Source: an uncultured Acidimicrobiia bacterium | GTDB lineage: Bacteria; Acidobacteriota; Terriglobia; Versatilivoradales; Versatilivoraceae | Assembly: GCA_963786955.1 (NCBI GenBank) | Contig: CAWBAT010000009.1 | Coordinates: 128,001 to 192,000 of the forward strand | Length of the DNA: 64,000 nt | Direction of reading: 5' to 3' | Shown: positions 40,864 through 50,533 of the stretch, piece after piece | How the letters are laid out: each line of letters starts with the position of its first letter | How positions within the stretch are numbered: position 1 is the first letter of the stretch | Made by a program: the position numbers and the translations under genes | Notes under the pieces: generated by a model | What the model saw: the letters and a program-made list of their open reading frames with translations, nothing else | The model's database searches: none | Told to the model about the DNA's origin: nothing

Positions 40864-41580
40864 ATGAATCGGCAATATTACAAATGGTACAGTCCTTCAT
40901 TGCGACGAGACATGGAATTCCTTGTCTTTGGACACTCGGGAACACCCCTGCTCGTCTTCCCAACCTCCATGGGACGGTTCTACGATTATGAGGATCGCGG
41001 AATGATCCAGGCCATTGCGTCACGTTTTGAAAACGGAGAAATTCAGGCTTTTTGTGTCGATAGCGTCGACCATGAAAGCTGGTACAACAACCGTGTGGAG
41101 CCGGGCGAGCGCGTGTTGCGCCATTTAGATTATGAAGACTACATCTTGCGCGAAATCATTCCGTTTGTCTTTTCCCGAAATCCGCCTTGCGCCCCGTTGG
41201 TGACTGGATGCAGTTTCGGGGCTTATCACTCCGTCAATTTTACGCTCCGTCATCCTGATTTGGTCAGCGGTTGCGTCAGCATGGGTGGCGCTTTCGATAT
41301 TCACCAGTTCCTAAATGGATACTATGATGACAATTGCTATTTTAATTGCCCCCCCGATTTTCTACCGAACCTCAACGACTCATGGTATCGGGACCGCCTT
41401 CGCGCCCTTGGGAAATTTGTTCTGGTCACTGGAGAGCGGGACATTTGCCTCAATGAGAACCTCCGGCTCTCCCACATCATGAACGAAAAGGGAATCCCTC
41501 ATTGTCTGGATGTGTGGGGGGATGGAACTGGGCATGATTGGCCTTGGTGGCATCAAATGGCCATTAAATTTCTGCAATAG
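40864..41580 (+). CDS. Putative esterase (alpha/beta hydrolase)
   Basis: FGHSG.P.LVFPTS, GCSFGA nucleophile motif, HDWPWW. Confidence 0.9.
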   Translation: MNRQYYKWYSPSLRRDMEFLVFGHSGTPLLVFPTSMGRFYDYEDRGMIQAIASRFENGEIQAFCVDSVDHESWYNNRVEPGERVLRHLDYEDYILREIIPFVFSRNPPCAPLVTGCSFGAYHSVNFTLRHPDLVSGCVSMGGAFDIHQFLNGYYDDNCYFNCPPDFLPNLNDSWYRDRLRALGKFVLVTGERDICLNENLRLSHIMNEKGIPHCLDVWGDGTGHDWPWWHQMAIKFLQ

Positions 41581-41592
41581 ATCGGAGCGCTG

Positions 41593-41880
41593 ATGCAAAA
41601 GATCGGCATCCTCTTTGGAATGGAAAACACTTTTCCTGGGGCCCTCGTCGACCGGATCAATTCGATGAAGGCGCCCGGAATTGCGGCTGAATTTATCAAG
41701 CTTGGCGCCGTAAAAATGGCAGCCCCGAGCGGCTACCGATTGATCATCGACCGCATCTCTCATGATATTCCCTTTTATCGAGCCTTTTTGAAAAATGCAG
41801 CACTTGGCGGCACCCACGTCATTAACAACCCTTTCTGGTGGAGCGCTGACGACAAGTTCTTCCACACACTTCACGCCTAA
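41593..41880 (+). pseudogene. Truncated RimK/ATP-grasp family protein (N-terminal 95 aa only)
   Basis: IGILFGMENTFP, IIDRISHDIPFYR and INNPFWWSADDKFF match the ATP-grasp gene usually found next to this esterase; similarity stops abruptly. Confidence 0.75.
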
Positions 41881-41990
41881 CAAATATCAAAGCTTTCTCA
41901 AAGAGCTCGATCGCCGCACGGAGAGCGGCTCCCACTTTGACGGAATGAACTTGGAACTTAAACCCCGAAGAAGGGAGGATAGATTCAGTC

Positions 41991-42824
41991 ATGACTCTCA
42001 AGATCGCTGGCATCCAAATGATTCCCCGGTTGATGGAAAATGAATACAACCTCGACCAGATTCTGAGCTATCTGGAAATCGTCGCTAAAGAAAGGGCTGA
42101 ACTCGCTATTTTCCCGGAATGCGCGCTCTGCGGGTATTGCTTCGAGAGTCTCGAAGAAGCCTTGCCTTATGCCGAACCCATCCCGGGCCCTTCGACACTC
42201 AAGGTCGCCGCACTTTGCAACAGGCTCACTATCCACGCCGTCCTCGGATTGTTGGAAAAAGAGGGTGACCATGTCTTTAATGCGGCCGTGCTCATTGGAC
42301 CGCAAGGTATTATCGGAAAATATCGCAAGATTCATTTGCCCGGCCTGGGTATAGACAAGTATGTGCAACCGGGTGATCTTGGCTTCCCTGTGTACGACAC
42401 AGCGATCGGAAGAATCGGTTTGAACATTTGTTATGACGGCGCCTTCCCTGAAGGCGCCCGGGTTATGGCACTGAAGGGGGCGGATCTCATCGCCCTCCCC
42501 ACCAATTGGCCAACCGGGGCAGAAGAATTTGCCGAGTACTTGATTAACGCGCGGGGACTGGAAAATAACCTATTCTATGCAGCGGTGAATAGGGTCGGTG
42601 TTGAACGCGGATTCCGTTTTATTGGACGAAGTCGAATCGTGGATGTCCACGGGAAGACCTTGGCCTTAGCCAGCTCGGACCAGGAAGAAGTTCTCTATGC
42701 TGAAATCGATCCGCTCAAAGCGAGAGAGAAGCGAATTGTCCGGGTGCCCGGGAAACATGAAATCCATCGATTTAATGACCGGAGGCCGGAATTCTACGGA
42801 GAGATCGTTCGACCTAAGAATTGA
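41991..42824 (+). CDS. Carbon-nitrogen hydrolase (nitrilase superfamily)
   Basis: FPE, YRKIHL, ICYD catalytic E-K-C triad. Confidence 0.93.
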   Translation: MTLKIAGIQMIPRLMENEYNLDQILSYLEIVAKERAELAIFPECALCGYCFESLEEALPYAEPIPGPSTLKVAALCNRLTIHAVLGLLEKEGDHVFNAAVLIGPQGIIGKYRKIHLPGLGIDKYVQPGDLGFPVYDTAIGRIGLNICYDGAFPEGARVMALKGADLIALPTNWPTGAEEFAEYLINARGLENNLFYAAVNRVGVERGFRFIGRSRIVDVHGKTLALASSDQEEVLYAEIDPLKAREKRIVRVPGKHEIHRFNDRRPEFYGEIVRPKN

Positions 42825-42942
42825 CAGGATTCCTTAATTAGAAAATGGTGAAGCTGGCGCGCGGGACCGCTGTCCCTCTGCGCACGCTTCTAGGCAGTTC
42901 AGGCTGTTTGGAAGCAGGCAGGGACGTTGATATAACAAGTTT

Positions 42943-42993
42943 GTAGTGCGGCTTTTCAGGCCGCTTAAGGGCAGGCGGGGACGCCTGCACTAC
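42943..42993. repeat. REP-like doublet
   Basis: GTAGTGCGGC..GCCGC and GCAGGCG..CGCCTGCACTAC. Confidence 0.6.
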
Positions 42994-43095
42994 AATTTTG
43001 TGCTGCGGCCAGACAGAGCACGTGTTTCACCGCAAAAAATCGCAAAACGATGGAGCTGTCGGCATTTAGCATTCGACATTTCTTTCAAATGGTCG

Positions 43096-44847
43096 TCACA
43101 GCACAGGTCCTTTGTCCCCAGGAATGAGGATCTGTCGTACAAACTTTAGTGGGATCCCACCCTGTTTAACGAAATTGGTGTGAAATTCCTCCAGCGTAAA
43201 GGCTGGCCCTTTTGCTTTCTGATAATCGTCACGCAGTTTATAGATCATCAGTTTCCCCAGAGTGTAATAGAGGTAGGTGGGGTTATAGGCTCCTCGTCTC
43301 GCTTCTTCATAAGCATTGGCCCTTTCTTCAAACGCTTTTTCAACGATAAAATCGGAGCCTTGCTCAACGGTCCAGCCCTTTACATGCAGCTGAATGCCCA
43401 CAACGTAGCGACAATCTCGCAGCAGTGCCTCTTGTAATTGAGCCAACTTAACTTTCAAATCCCCATTTCCGAATCCCTGGGCCAGCATCATTTGCTCGGT
43501 ATAATGAGCCCAGCCTTCCACGTTGGTCCCGCAGAAAACTAATTTGCGCGTCTTGGTCGGAAACTGTTTTGAATAGAGAAACTGGAGATAATGCCCCGGG
43601 TAAGCTTCGTGGATGGTGATGACATCCATGACCGGACGATTGAAAAGGCGGAGGTGCTCTTCTTTATGTTTACGATCCCAGTCCTTTTCGACTGGTGTGA
43701 TGTAATAAAAGGCCTCCGTCGCCTTAGTTTCATAAGGACCAGGACTATCCATAGAAGCAAAGCTGCCGGACCTCTGGTAGAGCGGAGTTTCCGTAATGGT
43801 GGGAAGAACCATAGACGGAACAATGACGATTCTCTTGTCCAACACAAACTGACGGATGCTTTCCACCGTCTGTTTGGCGGAATCAATCAGTTCGGACTCT
43901 TTGGGATATGCATCAGAAATCGATTTCATCACCTGCACCGGCGATTTTGCCGGGTCGATCTTTTTGGCAGTTTCAATAAAATCGTTATAGTCTTTTTCCA
44001 GGTTTGCTTCCCCAATTCTCAACAACTGTTCGATCGGGATGTCCACACGCTCTTCGTAAAGCAACTTCTTGGCAAAAGCATCGGCGCCGATGGCAAAATT
44101 CCCTTTGGAATTGGGAAGAAGGTCTTGTCTTAACCAGGTTTCTGCCTTTTTCAAGCTTTCAATCACCTGCTGATTCGCCTGGCTAAATTCCTTAAATAGC
44201 TCCGCGTTCGGACCGGCAGATTCCTTGGCCCAGCGGCTTACGGTAACTTGGAAGAATTCTTTGGACCCTCGACTCAGCCGAATAGCCAAATCTGTAAATT
44301 CCTTTGGAGAATTCGAAACATTCTGTCTCATCGCCTGATAGATCAACGGGATCTGCTTTAGCCTGGCAATGACAGATCGCAGCCTTTCCGATGGAGGAGC
44401 AAAATCTCTTTTCATCAACAAATCGACGCTTCCCCCTGCCACAGCAATATAGGGCATCGGATTCTTCTTCCATCCTTGGAGGGATTCCAAATCTTGTAAC
44501 TCCGCTTGAATCTGACCATCAAGAATCTCCGCATCGATGGAATCGGTCTCGTTGAGAGTTCGTGCGCGCAGCCCATCGAGGCGAGTCTTGAACCCTTTCA
44601 GTGACTGAATCCTCGCGCGGATGGCTTCGGACGAGAGGTCTTCAAGCTTCGTATCGTATTGATGAAATCCGGCGGCCGTTCCATTTGCCGGGCTAAAATC
44701 AAAAAGGGCCTTGAAATAGTCATCGACATAAGCCGAGAAGTCAGCGGCCGGAGTCTCGGCTGAGGCCGGCGATTCATGGCGGCTGCCACATCCCAGTCCG
44801 AAACCCAATGCTAGGCATAGCAACAAAAGATTGATTTTTTTGAGCAT
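43096..44847 (-). CDS. DUF885 family lipoprotein
   Basis: Lipobox-like GLGC; HEAYPGHYLQ, EGWAHYTE, YTLGKL; start at MLKKINL with GGAGG RBS. Confidence 0.9.
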   Translation of the reverse strand: MLKKINLLLLCLALGFGLGCGSRHESPASAETPAADFSAYVDDYFKALFDFSPANGTAAGFHQYDTKLEDLSSEAIRARIQSLKGFKTRLDGLRARTLNETDSIDAEILDGQIQAELQDLESLQGWKKNPMPYIAVAGGSVDLLMKRDFAPPSERLRSVIARLKQIPLIYQAMRQNVSNSPKEFTDLAIRLSRGSKEFFQVTVSRWAKESAGPNAELFKEFSQANQQVIESLKKAETWLRQDLLPNSKGNFAIGADAFAKKLLYEERVDIPIEQLLRIGEANLEKDYNDFIETAKKIDPAKSPVQVMKSISDAYPKESELIDSAKQTVESIRQFVLDKRIVIVPSMVLPTITETPLYQRSGSFASMDSPGPYETKATEAFYYITPVEKDWDRKHKEEHLRLFNRPVMDVITIHEAYPGHYLQFLYSKQFPTKTRKLVFCGTNVEGWAHYTEQMMLAQGFGNGDLKVKLAQLQEALLRDCRYVVGIQLHVKGWTVEQGSDFIVEKAFEERANAYEEARRGAYNPTYLYYTLGKLMIYKLRDDYQKAKGPAFTLEEFHTNFVKQGGIPLKFVRQILIPGDKGPVL

Positions 44848-44883
44848 CCCTCCCCCTATCGAAAGCATGTTAAACTGCCCCCT

Positions 44884-45630
44884 ATGAATTATCGCTATCG
44901 TAACACGACTGTCTCGTTTGGTGGTCCGCTGACTCCAGTTGTCCGAAATATCATTATTGCCTGCGTGCTCGTGTATGTCCTGGAACTTATTTCCGGGAAC
45001 GCGATCTTGTATTACTTCAGCCTCACCCCCGTTTTGTTCATACAGAAATTTTATTTTTGGCAGCTTTTTACTTACCTCTTTCTCCACGATCGACACGGTA
45101 TTTTACATCTCCTCTTCAACATGTTGAGCCTTTTTATGTTCGGGTGTGAATTGGAACGGTATTGGGGGAGTAAACGATTCCTGCAATTTTACGTTTTGAC
45201 AGGCGTTGGCGCTGGTCTTTGCGTGTTGCTGATCCCGTCAAATTATTACACTTCCACCATAGGCGCCTCGGGGGCAATTTACGGAGTGCTCTTGGCTTAC
45301 GGACTGACTTTTCCAGATCGGGTCCTCTACCTGTACATGCTTTTCCCGCTGCAAGCGCGATATTTTGTGATCATTATTGGAGCGATCACTTTTCTGACCA
45401 CTCTTTCAAGCTCAAATACAGGGATTTCCAATGCAGCCCATCTGGGCGGCATGATTTTTGCTTATCTTTACTTGAAGAGCCAGAAGGCGTATCGAAGCCG
45501 CCCTCGGATTCAGGGGTTCAACCTGAAAGAAGCTTATTACCAATGGAAATTACGGCGCGCGCGTCGAAAATTTGATGTGTATCTCAATAAAAAAGATCGC
45601 GGGAGAGATAAGGACGAAATGATCCATTAG
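44884..45630 (+). CDS. Rhomboid family intramembrane serine protease
   Basis: WQLFTYLFLH, HLLFNM, GASG, AHLGG. Confidence 0.93.
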   Translation: MNYRYRNTTVSFGGPLTPVVRNIIIACVLVYVLELISGNAILYYFSLTPVLFIQKFYFWQLFTYLFLHDRHGILHLLFNMLSLFMFGCELERYWGSKRFLQFYVLTGVGAGLCVLLIPSNYYTSTIGASGAIYGVLLAYGLTFPDRVLYLYMLFPLQARYFVIIIGAITFLTTLSSSNTGISNAAHLGGMIFAYLYLKSQKAYRSRPRIQGFNLKEAYYQWKLRRARRKFDVYLNKKDRGRDKDEMIH

Positions 45631-45678
45631 CCACCAGCGTGAAAAATCATTTCGAAATACCATATCGGCACCCAGAAT

Positions 45679-46716
45679 CTATTCATTCGCGGCGTAGATG
45701 GTTGTTCGACTTCGAACCCGGTAACTCGGATTTTTCACTTCAACCTGTATTTTTCGCAACGTGGCTTCATTCCAGGAATTCTTCGAATAATACGCGAGAC
45801 TGAAGGTATTGCGCAGTTCATGGGCAATTTCTGAGTACTTCCCCGAAAGATCTGCCAAGTCCCCTACTAGATAGATGCGACCGCCTGACTCTTCGGAGAT
45901 CACTTGCAGCCGTTCCGTTTGGATTTGATAGACCTCCTCAAGGACGGAGAGACTAGCCCTAGCATTCCGCACGTACGGGTCATCTTCCGCATGTTTCTTA
46001 ATATATTCTTCCAGATAGCTCTCTTGCTGTTTCTTATTAAGAATGGTGATTGGGTAGAGGACTGCATCGGCCTGGGCCATGAGTCGGCGTAATCCCTCAA
46101 ACTTGATCTTGCTCGAATTCTCCATCCCATCACTGAGAATGACAATCGCTTTCCGGCCCGTCTTGAGGTCACGAAGGGACTTTGAGGCTAAGGCAATCCC
46201 GTCATAAACTTTTGAGCCTCCATACGGGTAGGTCACAATGGATTGAATCGCATTTTTTAGGGCTCTGCGATCGTTCGTGAAGTTGTGCAACTGGCGGACA
46301 AAGGCATTAATTTCGCCTAAAGCAATCTGGTCTTCGGGCCTAAGCTCGTCCACAAAATTGGAGGCTGCCTTCTTAATCAGTGGCAGGTTGTTCCGTGTAC
46401 TGCTGCTGCTATCCAGGATCATCACGAGGTGAAAGGGAGCTTCAACAGGATAAAAACTGCTTATTTCCTGTTCAACCCCATCCTCATAGACGGTGAAGTC
46501 CTCTTTCTTAAGGTTAGTGACATTGGCACCACTTTCTTCAACGACGGTGAGATTGAGTACCACCAGATCCACATCAACCCGAAGAGAGAATGGCCCCTCA
46601 TCTTGCTTTGAATTCTCTTCTTGTTTTTCTTGCGCGGAAAGAAATAGGGCAAAAAGGAGCACCGCCCCGATGCCCGATATCCATCCAATCGTCTTCGCAA
46701 AAGAATTTCTCATCAT
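45679..46716 (-). CDS. VWA domain protein (acidobacterial VWFA type)
   Basis: LRVDVDLV, DFTVYEDGVEQ, DSSSS MIDAS, RKAIVILSDG, SGGR. Confidence 0.9.
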   Translation of the reverse strand: MMRNSFAKTIGWISGIGAVLLFALFLSAQEKQEENSKQDEGPFSLRVDVDLVVLNLTVVEESGANVTNLKKEDFTVYEDGVEQEISSFYPVEAPFHLVMILDSSSSTRNNLPLIKKAASNFVDELRPEDQIALGEINAFVRQLHNFTNDRRALKNAIQSIVTYPYGGSKVYDGIALASKSLRDLKTGRKAIVILSDGMENSSKIKFEGLRRLMAQADAVLYPITILNKKQQESYLEEYIKKHAEDDPYVRNARASLSVLEEVYQIQTERLQVISEESGGRIYLVGDLADLSGKYSEIAHELRNTFSLAYYSKNSWNEATLRKIQVEVKNPSYRVRSRTTIYAANE

Positions 46717-46743
46717 CGCAACCTTGGTACTGCATTTCATAAA

Positions 46744-46836
46744 TACGGTGACGTTAACGCCGGGTCGGTGACCCGGCCTACAACTTTGTAGGCCGCGTGA
46801 CCCCACGCGGCGCCTAACCTCAGGAACGTCACCGTA
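46744..46836. repeat. Composite REP-like element with 12-bp outer inverted repeat
   Basis: TACGGTGACGTT / AACGTCACCGTA enclosing back-to-back CTAC/GTAG hairpins related to the core of the 40429 MITE. Confidence 0.65.
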
Positions 46837-46959
46837 ATTACGAATAGCAGTACTTAGTGTAACACAGCTCGCGTTGCGCTGGACAATGGCGCACAATCGG
46901 GCTAACTTTCCTTGAAGAATCCCAATCCTGTCGCTGAATTTCTACTTGAAGGAGAATGT

Positions 46960-47156
46960 ATGAGTGTGAATGTCGCTCCGGTCACTCTCAGAAATTTGCT
47001 GAAATTGGGAGTTGTCGGGCTGGTTCTAAGAAGGAACGGTCCTTTGCAGGCATATGCCCAACCTTCGGCCGGACTCGCAATGCAAGCGACTGCCCAGTCA
47101 TCCGCACCCAGACCTGAAACAGACTTTGTCAAGATCGACGGCAATGAAAATCCGTT
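46960..47156 (+). pseudogene. 5' fragment of a Tat-type HisC-like PLP aminotransferase
   Basis: AAGGAG RBS; signal-like N-terminus then VKIDGNENP motif; similarity ends immediately afterwards. Confidence 0.6.
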
Positions 47157-47369
47157 GAGATTGACGGAGCAAGCCATTGGCAGATCGGCGTGGAGGATCG
47201 AAAACGGCAGTCACGCCTGGAGGAGTTTGGGATCCGTTTCTTGCGTTTTCCTGACATTATGCTCAAGCGCGACAAAAACAATGTGTTGAGTTCAATTCAG
47301 GCGTGGATTGAGGAGGAGGAAGAAAAACCCGCGTCCCGCAATTACAGGAAAACCTCGACCCACCCCTGA
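47157..47369 (+). pseudogene. 3' fragment of a DUF559 (Vsr-like endonuclease) gene
   Basis: Manual translation EIDGASHWQIGVEDRKRQSRLEEFGIRFLRFPD...VLSSIQAWIEE; no N-terminus. Confidence 0.65.
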
Positions 47370-47631
47370 GGCTAATGACGCGTGAAGGCTTCTCAATCCT
47401 TCACTCCCCTCCCGAGATGGGACTTGATCTTCCTCCTCCGGAAGGGTGTAGGGCTCGGTTTGTGCGTGACGAAAGGCGGGGCGGATCCCCACGCTACCAT
47501 GCCGGCGTCGCAGAGCTCCGCCCTCCAACTAGCCGCACTACTAAAGGGTTGAGAGAGCGGGCAACTTGATTGGCTAAAAAGCCTCAAGCTAGTCCGAATG
47601 GATCTTCATTAGGAATTCGAGGGGTTTTGAT

Positions 47632-48960
47632 CTAATGTACCCGGCGGGCTCTGCGACCCAGCGAGGCCTGCTGGATGACAGGTGGTGGATTGACTCCGGC
47701 CAACTCCTTCTCCCAGAAATCTCGCTTCGTTTCAAACGACTGCAAAGACTCTGATTTGAGTGGGGCTGAAGGTTGAAACTTTACGGATAAGGGGTTGATC
47801 AGGCGGCCGCGCCGCGCAATGCGGTAGTCTAGGTGAGGTCCTGTGGCCATTCCCGTCATGCCAACGTACCCAATAACCTGGCCTTGCTTCACCGTCACTC
47901 CAGGCCGAATCCCTGTAGCAAAACGGGAGAGATGACCGTACATCGTGTTGAGTTCTCCACTATGGCTAATCTCAATGAATTTCCCGAAACCACTTTTCCA
48001 ATTGGCAAATTGGACCCGTCCATTTCCAGCGGCATAGACGGGGGTCCCGATGGCAGCGGAGTAATCTACGGCCAGATGGGGGCGATAAGAATTCAACAGC
48101 GGATGGAAGCGGCTTTTACTGAATGTCGAACTGATGTGTGAGAATTTGATAGGAGATTTCAACAGCTCTCTTTTCAATGCACGACCTTGAGCATCATAAT
48201 ATTCGCCTCTCCCACTAGAATCTTTAAAGTAATAGGCAGAATAGAGTTTTCCGTTGTTATTGAACTCGGCGGCTAAGATTTTTCCATATTTAACAAAGCT
48301 GCCGTTGCGGTAGAGTTTTTCAACCGCCAGTTTAAAGGAGTCAGAAGGCCTCAACTCGCTATGAAAGTCGATGTCATAAGAGAAGATCTCCGCCAGTTCC
48401 AAGGCCAGCTGGTCTCCTTCATGCAAGTCTTCCAGAGAACGGAAAAGAGAGGTTTTAATTGAGCCGGCAATCAATTCCGTTTTCGCATCATACCCAACGG
48501 GGCGCATCTCGGCTTTATAGCCTTCCCGGGTCAGTGTCACGTGAACGCATTGATCGGAATCGATGTTGTAGCTGAAGGTCTTTAAAGTACCATCGGGTAA
48601 TTTCTCCAATTCAAATCGGTTGCCTACGATCAAGCTTTTGATGTTGCAAATCGGCTTGGTCACGATAACCAATTGCTGAATCAGGTCGGGAGAAAGATTG
48701 TACGAGGTCAGAACGTCACTCAGGTTAGTTTTTTTCTGAATCTTCCCTTCGAATTTCTCAACAGGGATTAATGCCGGGATAGTCTGCATGTCCAAGCTGA
48801 GTTGAGGAGAAAGGCTCAATTCTCCTTTTTTGATGAATTGAACAATCCCGCCATACAACGCCAGACTAACCATGATGACGTTTATAAAAAGAAGGGTCTT
48901 ATTCTCTTTATAATTCCAGCTGTTCTTCAGCGTGAATGTATGAACCAGCCTTTTCCACAT
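47632..48960 (-). CDS. M23 peptidoglycan DD-metalloendopeptidase (MepM-like)
   Basis: HLAVD, YGHLS, TGPHLDY; OapA-like middle domain; N-terminal TM segment. Confidence 0.92.
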   Translation of the reverse strand: MWKRLVHTFTLKNSWNYKENKTLLFINVIMVSLALYGGIVQFIKKGELSLSPQLSLDMQTIPALIPVEKFEGKIQKKTNLSDVLTSYNLSPDLIQQLVIVTKPICNIKSLIVGNRFELEKLPDGTLKTFSYNIDSDQCVHVTLTREGYKAEMRPVGYDAKTELIAGSIKTSLFRSLEDLHEGDQLALELAEIFSYDIDFHSELRPSDSFKLAVEKLYRNGSFVKYGKILAAEFNNNGKLYSAYYFKDSSGRGEYYDAQGRALKRELLKSPIKFSHISSTFSKSRFHPLLNSYRPHLAVDYSAAIGTPVYAAGNGRVQFANWKSGFGKFIEISHSGELNTMYGHLSRFATGIRPGVTVKQGQVIGYVGMTGMATGPHLDYRIARRGRLINPLSVKFQPSAPLKSESLQSFETKRDFWEKELAGVNPPPVIQQASLGRRARRVH

Positions 48961-49274
48961 CACGGCTCTCCTTGCCAATTCAAAAACGAGCTTCAATTTG
49001 CAACCCCATGAAATGAGAATAGATATGCTAGCAAAACCTCTTCATCAGTTCAATCAATTAATGCAGCGTCTGTGCACTTAAGTCAGAGATGCCCAATTCT
49101 GACTGAATTAGAAATGTCCGGCCCGTAGCCATTAGGATAACATTATGTTTCTAAATGAGGACCGATGGGTTCGGACATCCCCGGAGAGGCCGACAAACCC
49201 CTTGGAGAAGAGCTGAACCGTGCCGCCTGAAGGCACAGCCAGCGGTTCGTTCCCGACACAGAAACTAGGGGAAT

Positions 49275-49481
49275 TACTTGAAACAGAGAAGGATAGTGAA
49301 GATCGGATATATTCCCACCTTAATTCCCAGCCGTGGCTACTCCCCCCACCTGCTCCCTGATGACCTTGGCCAGCACGCTCCCGTGTTCGGCCTCCAACAG
49401 GGTTTTAGGATCGACACGCCCAAACATGTCCAGCAGTGGGGCGATCAGACCGGTCCACCCTGTCTGGTGGCTGGCCCCGAG
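49275..49481 (-). repeat. Diverged duplicate of the glucosidase 3' end plus amylase 5' end
   Basis: Aligns with 52204-52410; encodes GASHQTGWTGLIAPLLDMFGRVD...VATAGN then SDLHYPSLFQ. Confidence 0.88.
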
Positions 49482-50533
49482 TGCGTGCCGTACTCCAGGA
49501 GAGTCGGCGTACCACTGACCTTGCCGCCAAAGTGACGGGCGATAAAGAGGATGTAGCCGATGGCCATGACGAACGCCACCGGCCACCAGACAAGGCCGAT
49601 CCGCAGGCTACCCTCCGCAGTTCCCCCTTCAAACGCCGTTATGGAATGTTCGGTCGCAATCGTTGACTTGAGCATGACGGGAAAGACTCCCACGGCGGCA
49701 CTGCCCAGGAGTCCGAGGATGATTGCGCATCCCCCCAAGAAGGTCCGGCGCTCCTCGCGCGTCCATACTCCCGTCGCGACCGCCCAGATCCCACCAACTA
49801 GCACGGCAACGAACGCCCAGGCCAACGGCCTGGATGCGATCCCCGCGAACAGTTCCCGACGCACATACCAGGTCATGGCCGTCAGGACCGGCAGGAACAC
49901 GACTGTGGTCAACCAAAGTCGCCCCGCCTGGCGGTTAGCCTCCTGGTTGACTTTGCCATCCGTGCGCAACGCCAGGTAGGAGGCACCATGCGCGGCGAGG
50001 CAGACGAGCGTGAACGCCGCCACCGAAACCGTGTACCAATCGAGGATTCCGACCGCACCGCGGACCCCGAAGTGGGTGAAGAGCGGGAGGCTGAACCTGC
50101 CCTTCGGGCTAAGCGGAACACCTCTAAGGATGTTCCCAAAGGCCGCGCCCAGCAGGATCGCGAGGAGCGCACTGGACAGAGCGAAGGCGATGTCCCAGAA
50201 CGCGCGCCAGAGGCGATCTTTGATGAGGCCAGCTAGCTCGATCGCCATGCCCCGTCCGATCAGTGCCCACAGCACCATCATCAGAGCCAGGTAAAATCCC
50301 GAGAAGGCGGTCCCCATGACCGCGGGAAACGCGAGCACCAGGACTCCGCCCGCGGCAATCAGCCAGGACTCATGCCAGAGCCAGAACGGTCCGATGGCGC
50401 TGATGACGGTGCGCCGGTCTGCATCGCTCTTTCCGATGGCGAGGTGGAGCACACCCGCGCCAATGTCCCAGCCGTCGAGGATGACGAACAGTCCAACCAT
50501 CAGGACCAGAACCGCGTACCAGAGTTCAACCAT
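49445..50533 (-). CDS. cydB: Cytochrome bd ubiquinol oxidase subunit II
   Basis: LDGWDIGAG, IGPFWLWHESWL, GNILRGVP; overlaps the cydA stop. Confidence 0.9.
   Translation of the reverse strand: MVELWYAVLVLMVGLFVILDGWDIGAGVLHLAIGKSDADRRTVISAIGPFWLWHESWLIAAGGVLVLAFPAVMGTAFSGFYLALMMVLWALIGRGMAIELAGLIKDRLWRAFWDIAFALSSALLAILLGAAFGNILRGVPLSPKGRFSLPLFTHFGVRGAVGILDWYTVSVAAFTLVCLAAHGASYLALRTDGKVNQEANRQAGRLWLTTVVFLPVLTAMTWYVRRELFAGIASRPLAWAFVAVLVGGIWAVATGVWTREERRTFLGGCAIILGLLGSAAVGVFPVMLKSTIATEHSITAFEGGTAEGSLRIGLVWWPVAFVMAIGYILFIARHFGGKVSGTPTLLEYGTHSGPATRQGGPV

Noticed and set aside
44848-45096. N-terminal extension of the DUF885 ORF
   Set aside because: Overlaps the rhomboid gene on the opposite strand; RBS and signal peptide point to the start at 44847
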